A model generated the notes under the pieces. It ran no database searches and was not told the DNA's origin. It saw only the letters and a program-made list of their open reading frames with translations. DNA of 64,000 bases. It comes from Gammaproteobacteria bacterium. Lineage in GTDB: Bacteria; Pseudomonadota; Gammaproteobacteria; Pseudomonadales; Pseudohongiellaceae. The stretch is taken from contig JBJHCW010000008.1 in the NCBI GenBank assembly GCA_050486205.1, positions 5,219 to 69,218 of the forward strand, written 5' to 3'. The position numbers and the translations under genes are program-made. This document shows positions 21,203 through 29,018 of this stretch, piece after piece. Each line of letters starts with the position of its first letter. Position 1 is the first letter of the stretch.

Positions 21203-22048
21203 ATGGACAGCAACAATTCAGCCTCACGTCACAGCTTTGAGTTCTTCCCGCCGCGCACTGCGGCGGGTGAGGACAAGCTGCGCGTGGTACACAGGGAACT
21301 GGCTACACTGAACCCGGGATTCTTCTCGGTCACCTATGGCGCTGGCGGCTCCACGCGTGACGGCACGCGGCAACTGGTCATGGACATTCACAAGGCGGGT
21401 TCGGCGGTAGCGCCGCACCTGTCCTTTGGTGGGTCCAGCACGGAGGCCATCGAAGCGCTGCTGAAACTGTACAAGGATGCGGGCATCAACCGGCTTGTCG
21501 CGCTGCGCGGGGACATCCCCTCTGGCACAGGGCCGGCAACCCAGCACTTCTATGCCAACGAGCTGGTGGAGTTCATCCGTCGTACGACCGGTGACCATTT
21601 CCACATTGAAGTGGCCTGTTATCCGGAGATCCACCCGCAGTCGGAAACCTACGAGCGCGACATCCACTTTTTCAAGAAGAAAGTTGACGCAGGGGCGAAC
21701 AGTGCCATCACCCAGTACTTCTACAACCCCGATGCCTATTTCTGGTTTGTTGAACATTGCCGCAAGGCGGGCATTGAGGTGCCGATAGTGCCAGGTATCA
21801 TGCCAATCACCAACTTCAGCAAACTGGTCCGCTTCAGTGACAGTTGTGGTGCAGAGATCCCGCGCTGGATTCGCCAGCGCCTGCAATCCTACGGGGATGA
21901 CAGCGAAAGCATCCGCAGCTTCGGACTGGAGGTGGTCTCACATCTTTGCGAAAAACTGCTGGCAGGAGGCGCGCCCGGTCTGCACTTCTATACCATGAAC
22001 CAGTCCGATGCCGTCATGAAACTGTGGAAGAATCTGTCACTGTCGTGA
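21203..22048 (+). CDS. metF: 5,10-methylenetetrahydrofolate reductase
   Basis: 281-aa ORF with N-terminal SFEFFPPRT and a conserved TIM-barrel MTHFR pattern. It starts 10 nt after ahcY. Confidence 0.93.
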   Translation: MDSNNSASRHSFEFFPPRTAAGEDKLRVVHRELATLNPGFFSVTYGAGGSTRDGTRQLVMDIHKAGSAVAPHLSFGGSSTEAIEALLKLYKDAGINRLVALRGDIPSGTGPATQHFYANELVEFIRRTTGDHFHIEVACYPEIHPQSETYERDIHFFKKKVDAGANSAITQYFYNPDAYFWFVEHCRKAGIEVPIVPGIMPITNFSKLVRFSDSCGAEIPRWIRQRLQSYGDDSESIRSFGLEVVSHLCEKLLAGGAPGLHFYTMNQSDAVMKLWKNLSLS

Positions 22049-22082
22049 GAGTCACGTCAAGAGTCACGTCAAGAGTCACGCC
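22049..22082. repeat. 12-nt tandem repeat GAGTCACGTCAA x2 plus GAGTCACGCC
   Basis: It occupies every nucleotide between the metF stop (22046-22048) and the rsmE ATG (22083). Confidence 0.95.
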
Positions 22083-22817
22083 ATGCGTATCACACGTGTT
22101 CACACACCTGACCAATCGCTGAGTGTTGGTGACTGTATCACGCTGGAGCGTGACGCGGCACATTACCTGGTGACTGTGCTGCGCCTGCGTCCCGGCGCCC
22201 GTGTTGCCCTGTTCAACGCGCAGGACGGTGAACTACTGGGTGAATTGCTCGCTGCGGACAAGAAACAGGTGTCCGTACGACTGCTGGAACAGCGCCAGGG
22301 TTCAGCCGACCCCGTTCTGCCCGTACACCTGGCAGTGGGTCTGTCGCGTGGCGAGAGAATGGACTATCTGATCCAGAAAGCCACCGAGCTTGGCGCCAGC
22401 AGTGTCACACCGCTGTTTACCGAGCACTGCGAGGTGAAACTGGATCAAAAGCGCACGGAGAAACGGCTTGCCCACTGGCAGAAGGTGGCAGTGTCGGCCA
22501 CCGAGCAGTGCGGCCGCTGCCGGGTGCCGGACGTTCATCCACCACTCGCACTGACAGACTGGCTGCAGGCTGATCACCAGGGACTGACGCTGGTGCTGGA
22601 TCATTGCGCCAGGCAGGGGCCACACAAAAGTGATCAGCAACCCTCCGGGATCACACTGCTCAGCGGCCCCGAAGGTGGCCTGAGCGCTGAAGAACTGTCT
22701 GCCGCTGCCGGGGCCGGATTCCAGCCCGCAGCACTGGGGCCACGTATACTTCGTACAGAAACCGCACCATTGGCGGCCCTGAGTGTGATTCAGTATCTGT
22801 GGGGGGATTTCACATAA
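22083..22817 (+). CDS. rsmE: 16S rRNA (uracil1498-N3)-methyltransferase
   Basis: 244-aa ORF with N-terminal MRITRVH and a SPOUT-knot C-terminus LLSGPEGGLSAEE..LGPRILRTETA. Confidence 0.88.
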   Translation: MRITRVHTPDQSLSVGDCITLERDAAHYLVTVLRLRPGARVALFNAQDGELLGELLAADKKQVSVRLLEQRQGSADPVLPVHLAVGLSRGERMDYLIQKATELGASSVTPLFTEHCEVKLDQKRTEKRLAHWQKVAVSATEQCGRCRVPDVHPPLALTDWLQADHQGLTLVLDHCARQGPHKSDQQPSGITLLSGPEGGLSAEELSAAAGAGFQPAALGPRILRTETAPLAALSVIQYLWGDFT

Positions 22818-22915
22818 GCCTGCAAGGCGCCTTTTGATATACTGCCTCCGCGCCAAATGATAGGGTGCCAAAGACGAAGCACTATAAAGAAGAAGCACAA
22901 TAAAAAGGAGGCCAC

Positions 22916-24277
22916 ATGGTTCCGATGACAAATGCAGCGGCGTTGAACAAGCAACTTAAAGGCGATGTGCTGTTACCCACATCCCCAGGCTTCGATGAGG
23001 CACGCAGGCTCTGGAATGGCATGATTGATCGCAGGCCGGCGTTGATCGCACGCTGCGACAGCGCCGAAGATGTCATGGCAGCGGTAAACTTTGCCAGGGA
23101 CAACGGATTGCGCCCGACAATGCGCGGCGGGGCCCACGGGGTTGCTGGTCACGCCGTTGTGGAAGACGGCCTGATGATCGACCTTTCCCGAATGAATGCG
23201 GTCACGGTGGACGCGGTCTCCCGTACGGCCCGGGTGGGTCCTGGCGCAACACTTGGCGATATGGATGCAGCCACCCAGAAAGTCGGGTTGGCCACCACCG
23301 GGGGTGTCGATTCGCGAACCGGTGTTGCCGGCCTGACGCTGGGCGGTGGCATGGGCTGGCTGGCACGCAGTTTTGGCCTGTCCATAGACAACCTCATTGC
23401 GGTTGATATTGTGACCGCAGACGGCAAGTTGCAACGCGCCAGCGCTGACAAAAATGCCGACCTGTTCTGGGCGGTACGCGGTGGTGGCGGGCGCTTTGGC
23501 GTGATTACCGGTTTCGAGTTCCGTCTCCATCCTGTGGGCCCGAAGGTCGCCACGGCGCAGGTTTTCCATCCCGGCAGTGACGCTGCTGGCGCACTGCGGT
23601 TTTTCCGCGACTTCATGGCCACGGCACCGGACAGCATCGGCTGCTCGGCCATGGTCCTGACCATACCACCGGTGGAACCTTTTCCCGAAGCCCATCACGG
23701 CAGAACAGCGGTAGCCCTGGTCGGCTGTTATTCCGGTCCCGTGGAAGAGGGCCTGGAGGCACTTGAAAAGCTCAAGGACTACGGCGAACCGATTCTGGGA
23801 TTTGTGGCGCCGGCTGACTACGCAGATTTTCAACGCAGCTTCAATGAAGCCACCCCGGACGGAGGTCGATACTACTGGAAATCACAGTACCTGCAGGCAC
23901 TTTCCAATGAGGCCATCGAAGCCTTTGTGCCACATATCGAGTCCCTGCCGGGCCCCTACACTGCCATTGCATTTGAAACCATGGGTGGCGCCATCGGCCG
24001 TGTTGACACCACGGCAACCGCCTTTCCTCATCGCAGCGCACCCTTCAATTTCGGGGCCTGGGCCGGCTGGGTGGATCCTGCTGAAGATGAGAAGTGCATA
24101 GCCTGGGTCAGGGCACTTCACGACGCCATGATCCCCTATTCCACCGGTGGGGTTTACGCCAACTATCTGGACCGGGACGACGGCGACCGACTGAAGAGCG
24201 CCTTCGGTGACAACCACGAGCGCCTGCAGCAGATAAAAGCAAAGTACGACCCGGATAATCTGTTTCAATCGGGCTAG
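22916..24277 (+). CDS. FAD-binding oxidoreductase with berberine-bridge-enzyme-like C-terminus
   Basis: 453-aa ORF with a strong RBS (AAGGAGG 6 nt before the ATG), FAD PCMH domain (TMRGGAHGVAGHAV) and BBE tail (YANYLDRDD ... IKAKYDPDNLF). Confidence 0.8.
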   Translation: MVPMTNAAALNKQLKGDVLLPTSPGFDEARRLWNGMIDRRPALIARCDSAEDVMAAVNFARDNGLRPTMRGGAHGVAGHAVVEDGLMIDLSRMNAVTVDAVSRTARVGPGATLGDMDAATQKVGLATTGGVDSRTGVAGLTLGGGMGWLARSFGLSIDNLIAVDIVTADGKLQRASADKNADLFWAVRGGGGRFGVITGFEFRLHPVGPKVATAQVFHPGSDAAGALRFFRDFMATAPDSIGCSAMVLTIPPVEPFPEAHHGRTAVALVGCYSGPVEEGLEALEKLKDYGEPILGFVAPADYADFQRSFNEATPDGGRYYWKSQYLQALSNEAIEAFVPHIESLPGPYTAIAFETMGGAIGRVDTTATAFPHRSAPFNFGAWAGWVDPAEDEKCIAWVRALHDAMIPYSTGGVYANYLDRDDGDRLKSAFGDNHERLQQIKAKYDPDNLFQSG

Positions 24278-24385
24278 CTGATTGCCTTCTTCACAGGTTA
24301 GTGAGCTATCGGGCGAACTGCTCACCGCTGGCAGAACGGACGATCTGATCCAGAAAGCCGCCGGGCCGGGCGCCCGCGGGGCGCG

Positions 24386-24851
24386 TCATACAGGACACCA
24401 GATGAAAACAAAGCGGTTGATGGCAATGAGTGTGTCACTGACCATGAAGATCAGGGCACCCATCGCCACCCACAGGAATTGATGATCATCACGAAAGGCG
24501 GCTGACCTGCCAACGGCACTGTGTCAGAAACAGCGCAGTGTAAGTGAGCTGCGCCAGCAGAAAAGCAATCAGTCCCTGCACAAACAGTCCATCCAGCGCC
24601 AGTTGCAACAGCAGGGCAATATACAGGAAACTGAAGCCGATGAAGGCTAACAGCCAGAGCAACGAAAGGGGCGCAAGGATACTTTTGGTGGTTGCGGGGA
24701 TTGCCAGCCATGTTCTGTTATCCACTTTTTTCTTTCCATCAACATACATCGGTTTGATATTGGCGTCACTCCACCGGTCTGCCCGACACATGCTTTGGCC
24801 ATCAGAAACGGCAACCACCCTGTAAATAAATCTGTCCCCTTTTTTGGGCAA
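24386..24851 (-). pseudogene. degraded YhhN-family (lysoplasmalogenase-like) membrane protein remnant
   Basis: The ORF-track frame contains a YhhN-like GLIAFLLAQLTYTALF. A +1 frame just downstream (24386-24500) encodes the family C-terminal motif GALIFMVSDTLIAINRF. About 100 residues expected between them are missing, and the nominal TTG start lies inside the amtB terminator. Confidence 0.4.
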
Positions 24852-24876
24852 AAAAAAGCCCCTCCGGGGAGGGGCT
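24850..24876 (-). terminator. rho-independent terminator of glnK-amtB
   Basis: Stem AGCCCCTCC / GGAGGGGCT (24857-24876), followed on the minus strand by T8 (A-run 24850-24857), about 35 nt after the amtB stop. Confidence 0.8.
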
Positions 24877-24910
24877 CAATAGGGGAGTTTCCTGCGATTG
24901 ACCTTGCGGG

Positions 24911-26173
24911 TTACCTGGTGAACTCCGGGTAGGCCTCCAGGCCACACTCGGAAATATCCACACCGGTGTCTTCCTCTTCTTCGCTGACACGAATACCCAT
25001 GATGGTTTTCAGCGCAATCCAGACAATGAAGCTGGTGGCAAATACCCAGACAAAGATGGTGAGAGCACCAACAATCTGGCCAACAAATGTGGCATCAGCG
25101 TTGGTGATCGGCACCAGCAACAGACCCAGCAGACCACAGGTACCGTGTACCGAGATGGCACCCACCGGATCGTCAATGCGGATCTTGTCGAAGGCCACGA
25201 TGCTGCCAACAACAATACAGCCACCGATGGCACCAAAGATCAGCGCCTGCAGGGCAGTGGGTGTGGCCGGCTCGGCGGTGATGGTCACCAGACCAGCCAA
25301 TGCGCCGTTGAGCGCCATGGTCAGGTCAGCCTTGCCGAACGCCAGGCGGGCGGCAACCAGCGCAGCAATCAGGCCACCAGCAGCGGCGGCGTTGGTGTTC
25401 AGGAACACCAGGGCGACTTCGTTGGCGCTGGTGATGTCACCAAGCTTCAGTACCGAACCACCGTTGAAACCGAACCAGCCCATCCACAGGATGAAGGTAC
25501 CCAGCGTGGCCAGCGGCAGGTTGGCACCAGGGATCGGCTTCACCGTGCCGTCGGCGGCGTACTTGCCTTTACGTGCACCCAGCAGGATGACACCGGCCAG
25601 CGCCGCAGCCGCACCGGCCATGTGCACAATGCCAGAGCCAGCAAAGTCAGAGAAGCCCAGGTCGCCCAGATTGAACAGACCGAATACGTCAGCCTCGCCC
25701 CATGTCCAGGAGCCTTCCATCGGGTAGATGAAGCCGGTCAGCACCACAGCAAAAGCCAGGAATGCCCAGAGCTTCATACGCTCGGCCACAGCACCGGACA
25801 CAATGGACATGGCCGTGGCCACGAATACCACCTGGAAGAAGAAGTCAGAAGCATCCGAGTATACCGAGTCGCCGCCGAAGCCTTCTTCGGCAGACGCTGC
25901 CAGGGCGTCAGCAACCAGCGTGTCACCACCGTCTATGCCACTCAGGAAGAAGCCGCCGCCGTACATGATGGCGTAGCCGCAGACCAGATACATGGTGCAC
26001 GAGACCGCATACAATGCGACGTTCTTGGTCAGAATCTCGGTTGTGTTCTTGGAGCGCACAAGGCCAGCCTCAAGCATCGAGAAGCCTGCCGCCATCCACA
26101 TGACAAGGGCACCACATACCAGAAAGTAGAAGGTGTCCATTGCGTACTGCAGTTCAAAAATTTGGTTTTCCAC
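24911..26173 (-). CDS. amtB: ammonium transporter
   Basis: 420-aa polytopic ORF with the Amt signature AGFSMLEAGLVRSKN. GTG start 26173 is preceded by GGAGG at 8-nt spacing. It lies downstream of glnK. Confidence 0.94.
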   Translation of the reverse strand: MENQIFELQYAMDTFYFLVCGALVMWMAAGFSMLEAGLVRSKNTTEILTKNVALYAVSCTMYLVCGYAIMYGGGFFLSGIDGGDTLVADALAASAEEGFGGDSVYSDASDFFFQVVFVATAMSIVSGAVAERMKLWAFLAFAVVLTGFIYPMEGSWTWGEADVFGLFNLGDLGFSDFAGSGIVHMAGAAAALAGVILLGARKGKYAADGTVKPIPGANLPLATLGTFILWMGWFGFNGGSVLKLGDITSANEVALVFLNTNAAAAGGLIAALVAARLAFGKADLTMALNGALAGLVTITAEPATPTALQALIFGAIGGCIVVGSIVAFDKIRIDDPVGAISVHGTCGLLGLLLVPITNADATFVGQIVGALTIFVWVFATSFIVWIALKTIMGIRVSEEEEDTGVDISECGLEAYPEFTR

Positions 26174-26257
26174 CGTTAGTTCCTCCGAAACAGGTCATAA
26201 CCCCTCGTTAATCCCTGCTTGCTGTCATTGTTGATCCTGTCGGGTGAGAGTCGACCC

Positions 26258-26635
<378 letters not shown>

Positions 26636-26664
26636 TCAGCACAGATACACCTGGCACAGCACTA

Positions 26665-26680
26665 TGCACGGGGTGTGCCA
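26665..26680 (-). promoter_or_regulatory. sigma54 (-24/-12) promoter of glnK-amtB
   Basis: The minus strand reads TGGCACaccccgTGCA, with GG and GC at canonical spacing, about 70 nt upstream of the glnK ATG. Confidence 0.7.
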
Positions 26681-26764
26681 GTTAAGGTTTATCTTTTTGA
26701 ATCAGTGATTTGGGGAAGGCATACGTCAAAATACGCAATTTCATGCGTAGACGGCCCCGTGAAA

Positions 26765-26781
26765 CGCACCAAACAGGTGCG
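26765..26781. promoter_or_regulatory. NtrC-type enhancer site
   Basis: cGCACC-aaaca-GGTGCg matches the GCACC-N5-GGTGC core about 100 nt upstream of the sigma54 promoter. A second half-site TGGTGCA lies at 26817-26823. Confidence 0.55.
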
Positions 26782-26930
26782 CTTCGGGTGATCTGGCACA
26801 CAATCGGCGCCCAATTTGGTGCACGCCCGTCCGTAACTGTGCACACAATCGTTCACTGACCCGGCAAAGCGGATTCTGGTATGCTGATGCCATGGGGTGT
26901 GTAAACCCGGCAACACAGGTGAAACAAGCG

Positions 26931-27215
26931 ATGGACAGAAAAATCCTGGACGACATCAGCGAGCAACTGGCGCGCTTGGCGCCGCAGGCCCGGGCAGCAG
27001 GGGAAGATGTGAGACAGACGCTGTCGGCCAGCCTGCAAAAGGGTTTTGCCCGGATGGACCTGCTGACCCGTGAAGAGTTCGAGCAGCAGGCGTTGGCGCT
27101 GGTGCGCGCCCAGCAGCGTATCGATGCGCTGGAACAGACAGTGAAGCAGCTCGAGCAGCGTGTGGCAGCACTGGAATCTGGCCAGACAGAATCGCCGGCC
27201 GCTGGCGCCGACTGA
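26931..27215 (+). CDS. ubiK: UbiK/YqiC-family coiled-coil accessory factor
   Basis: 94-aa coiled-coil protein (MDRKILDDISEQL ... LLTREEFEQQ ... LEQRVAALE). ATG 26931 is preferred over the ORF-track start at 26892. Confidence 0.72.
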   Translation: MDRKILDDISEQLARLAPQARAAGEDVRQTLSASLQKGFARMDLLTREEFEQQALALVRAQQRIDALEQTVKQLEQRVAALESGQTESPAAGAD

Positions 27216-27219
27216 GCAT

Positions 27220-28809
27220 TCAGCCTGACGCCGCCGGCGCTGCCAACTGTTGAAGCCAGGCATCGAGTTGCCGCAGCCCTATGGCTTCTGCCACATGCTC
27301 AGCAGCAAGGATATCCGCATCATCCAGATCGGCTATGGTGCGCGCCACGCGCAGCAGGCGATGGCCGGTCCGCAGGGACAACTGCCGGCGCCTGAGCAGA
27401 TCCTGGAACAGGCGCTGTCCTTCCGGCGCCATGGCACAATGCTTCAGCAGTGACTCACCGCCCAGCTCCGCATTCGCTGCACCACGCGCCTGCTGACGCG
27501 CCCGGCACCTGATGACCTGTTCGCGTGCCCACTGCGTTGTCATTGCCGCCGGGCGGGTATCAAGCGGTGTCCTTTTGCCTGCCGGTTCCGGCACCGGCAC
27601 CGGCACCGGCATGACGGGCCGCTCCATGGCAATGGTCATGTCAAGACGATCGAGCAGCGGCCCGGACAACCTGTCCAGATACCGGCGAATACGCGCTGCC
27701 GTGCAGCGGCAGGCCGTGGTTTCATCCGTGGCATATCCACAGGGGCAGGGGTTCATCGCCGCCAGCAACTGGAATCGGGCCGGATAGGACATCCTGCCGT
27801 GTACGCGGCTGATGGTGATCCGGCCGGATTCCAGCGGCTCTCGCAGCGTTTCCAGCACCGCGCGCGGGAACTCGGGCAACTCATCCAGAAACAGCACACC
27901 ACGATGGGCCAGGGACACCTCGCCCGGCGCGCTGTTTCTGCCCCCACCCACAATGGCCACCCCGGTGGTGCTGTGATGCGGGCTGCGGCAGGGCGGCTGG
28001 TACCAGTCGCCAGCGCTGCGGTGTTGTCCGTGGCCGGCTACCGAGCGGATGGCCGCCACATCCAGAGCCTCTTCCTCGGTCAACGGTGGCAGCAGTGCTT
28101 GCATGGCATTGACCAACAATGTCTTGCCAATTCCCGGCGGACCGCACAGCAGGACGTTGTGGCGGCCAGCCGCCGCAATCATCATGGCGCGTTTGGCCAG
28201 ATGATGACCGTGAATGTCCTGGAGTCGTGGCAGGTCCGACAAGGCAGCCTGCCTGGCCGGCGCCCGGTATCGGCACACCGTCAGATGGCCACCATCTGCC
28301 GGGTCCTGAAGACTGTGGCAGATGCCCAGCAGATCCGCCGCGCTGACCGCGTTCACCTGGCGCAGCAGTGAGGCTTCCCCGGCGTTGGCTGCCGGAATGA
28401 GCAGCGTGCGGTTGTTGTCACGACCGGCCAGCAGGGCAGGCAGCACGCCATCCACCGCCCGCAGCTGCCCGGTCAGTGCCAACTCGCCCAGCACCTCATA
28501 CCGGGCCAGCGCATCGGCAGGAATCTGTGCAGAGGCGGCGAGAATGCCGAGTGCTATGGCCAGATCAAAGCGACCGCCGGACTTTGGCAGTTCAGCAGGG
28601 GCCAGGTTGACGGTGATTCGCCGGGCCGGGAAGACCATGCCGCTGTTGATGATGGCGCTGCGCACCCGCTCACGACTCTCTCGCACCACAGTTTCAGGCA
28701 GGCCAACAATGGCCATGCCGGGCAGCCCATTGGAAAGATGGGTCTCCACCGTGACCAGCGGCGCTTCCAATCCACAATTGGCACGTGTGTACACCACAGC
28801 AAGCGACAT
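27220..28809 (-). CDS. comM: YifB/ComM-family Mg-chelatase-like AAA+ ATPase
   Basis: N-terminal Lon-like domain (VGLPETVVRESRERV), Walker A LLCGPPGIGKT and Walker B GVLFLDELPEF. ATG 28807-28809 (MSLAVVY) is preferred; the ORF-track extension reads through a tandem repeat. Confidence 0.9.
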   Translation of the reverse strand: MSLAVVYTRANCGLEAPLVTVETHLSNGLPGMAIVGLPETVVRESRERVRSAIINSGMVFPARRITVNLAPAELPKSGGRFDLAIALGILAASAQIPADALARYEVLGELALTGQLRAVDGVLPALLAGRDNNRTLLIPAANAGEASLLRQVNAVSAADLLGICHSLQDPADGGHLTVCRYRAPARQAALSDLPRLQDIHGHHLAKRAMMIAAAGRHNVLLCGPPGIGKTLLVNAMQALLPPLTEEEALDVAAIRSVAGHGQHRSAGDWYQPPCRSPHHSTTGVAIVGGGRNSAPGEVSLAHRGVLFLDELPEFPRAVLETLREPLESGRITISRVHGRMSYPARFQLLAAMNPCPCGYATDETTACRCTAARIRRYLDRLSGPLLDRLDMTIAMERPVMPVPVPVPEPAGKRTPLDTRPAAMTTQWAREQVIRCRARQQARGAANAELGGESLLKHCAMAPEGQRLFQDLLRRRQLSLRTGHRLLRVARTIADLDDADILAAEHVAEAIGLRQLDAWLQQLAAPAASG

Positions 28810-28839
28810 GTATTTCTCCAGTACCCTTGGGGTGTGGGG

Positions 28840-28917
28840 CAGGGTTACAGGACAGGGTTGCAGAACAGGGTTGCAGAACAGGGTTGCAGAAAAGAGTGCA
28901 GGCAAGAATGCAGAAAA
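28840..28917. repeat. 13-nt tandem repeat CAGGGTTGCAGAA (4 good plus 2 degenerate units)
   Basis: Units lie at 28840, 28853, 28866 and 28879 (three are identical). Decayed units lie at 28892 and 28905. The array sits between the GGDEF-EAL stop and the comM start. Confidence 0.93.
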
Positions 28918-29018
28918 GGGTGTAATCCAGGTTTTAGTACAGAGTCGGCATTTGTGCAAATGCCCGGTAGTGCCCTGTCTGGTAAGTTCTCATCATGTCA
29001 GAGCTCCCGCGGGGCGGG

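Noticed and set aside
19744-21216. 490-aa ORF on the minus strand covering the whole ahcY gene
   Set aside because: It is an exact antisense shadow of a highly conserved gene in GC-rich DNA. The translation is low-complexity (V/G/H/A-rich), has no motifs and no RBS. ahcY on the plus strand is unambiguous.
24489-24851. Intact 120-aa membrane protein gene
   Set aside because: The TTG start lies within the amtB terminator T-run. The N-terminal 50 residues look non-coding, and the family motif continues in another frame. It is treated as a pseudogene remnant.
25145-26179. 344-aa plus-strand ORF opposite amtB, and the 253-aa ORF at 24966-25727
   Set aside because: These are antisense shadows with Arg/Gly/His-rich or Ala/Pro/Ser-rich junk translations.
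26651-26681. Plus-strand sigma54 promoter (TGGCACagcactaTGCA) facing ubiK
   Set aside because: The GG-to-GC spacing is one nucleotide too long. The element is the mirror arm of the inverted repeat CTGGCACA/TGTGCCAG that contains the properly spaced minus-strand glnK promoter.
28810-28959. N-terminal extensions of ORF-track calls (comM to 28959, pgk to 12348, rpiA from 4852, ilvA to 4971, TagF-like to 38120, kinase to 42698)
   Set aside because: The extensions read through tandem repeats, promoters or the 3' ends of upstream genes. Their sequence is non-homologous-looking, and internal ATGs give canonical N-termini and tidy stop/start overlaps.
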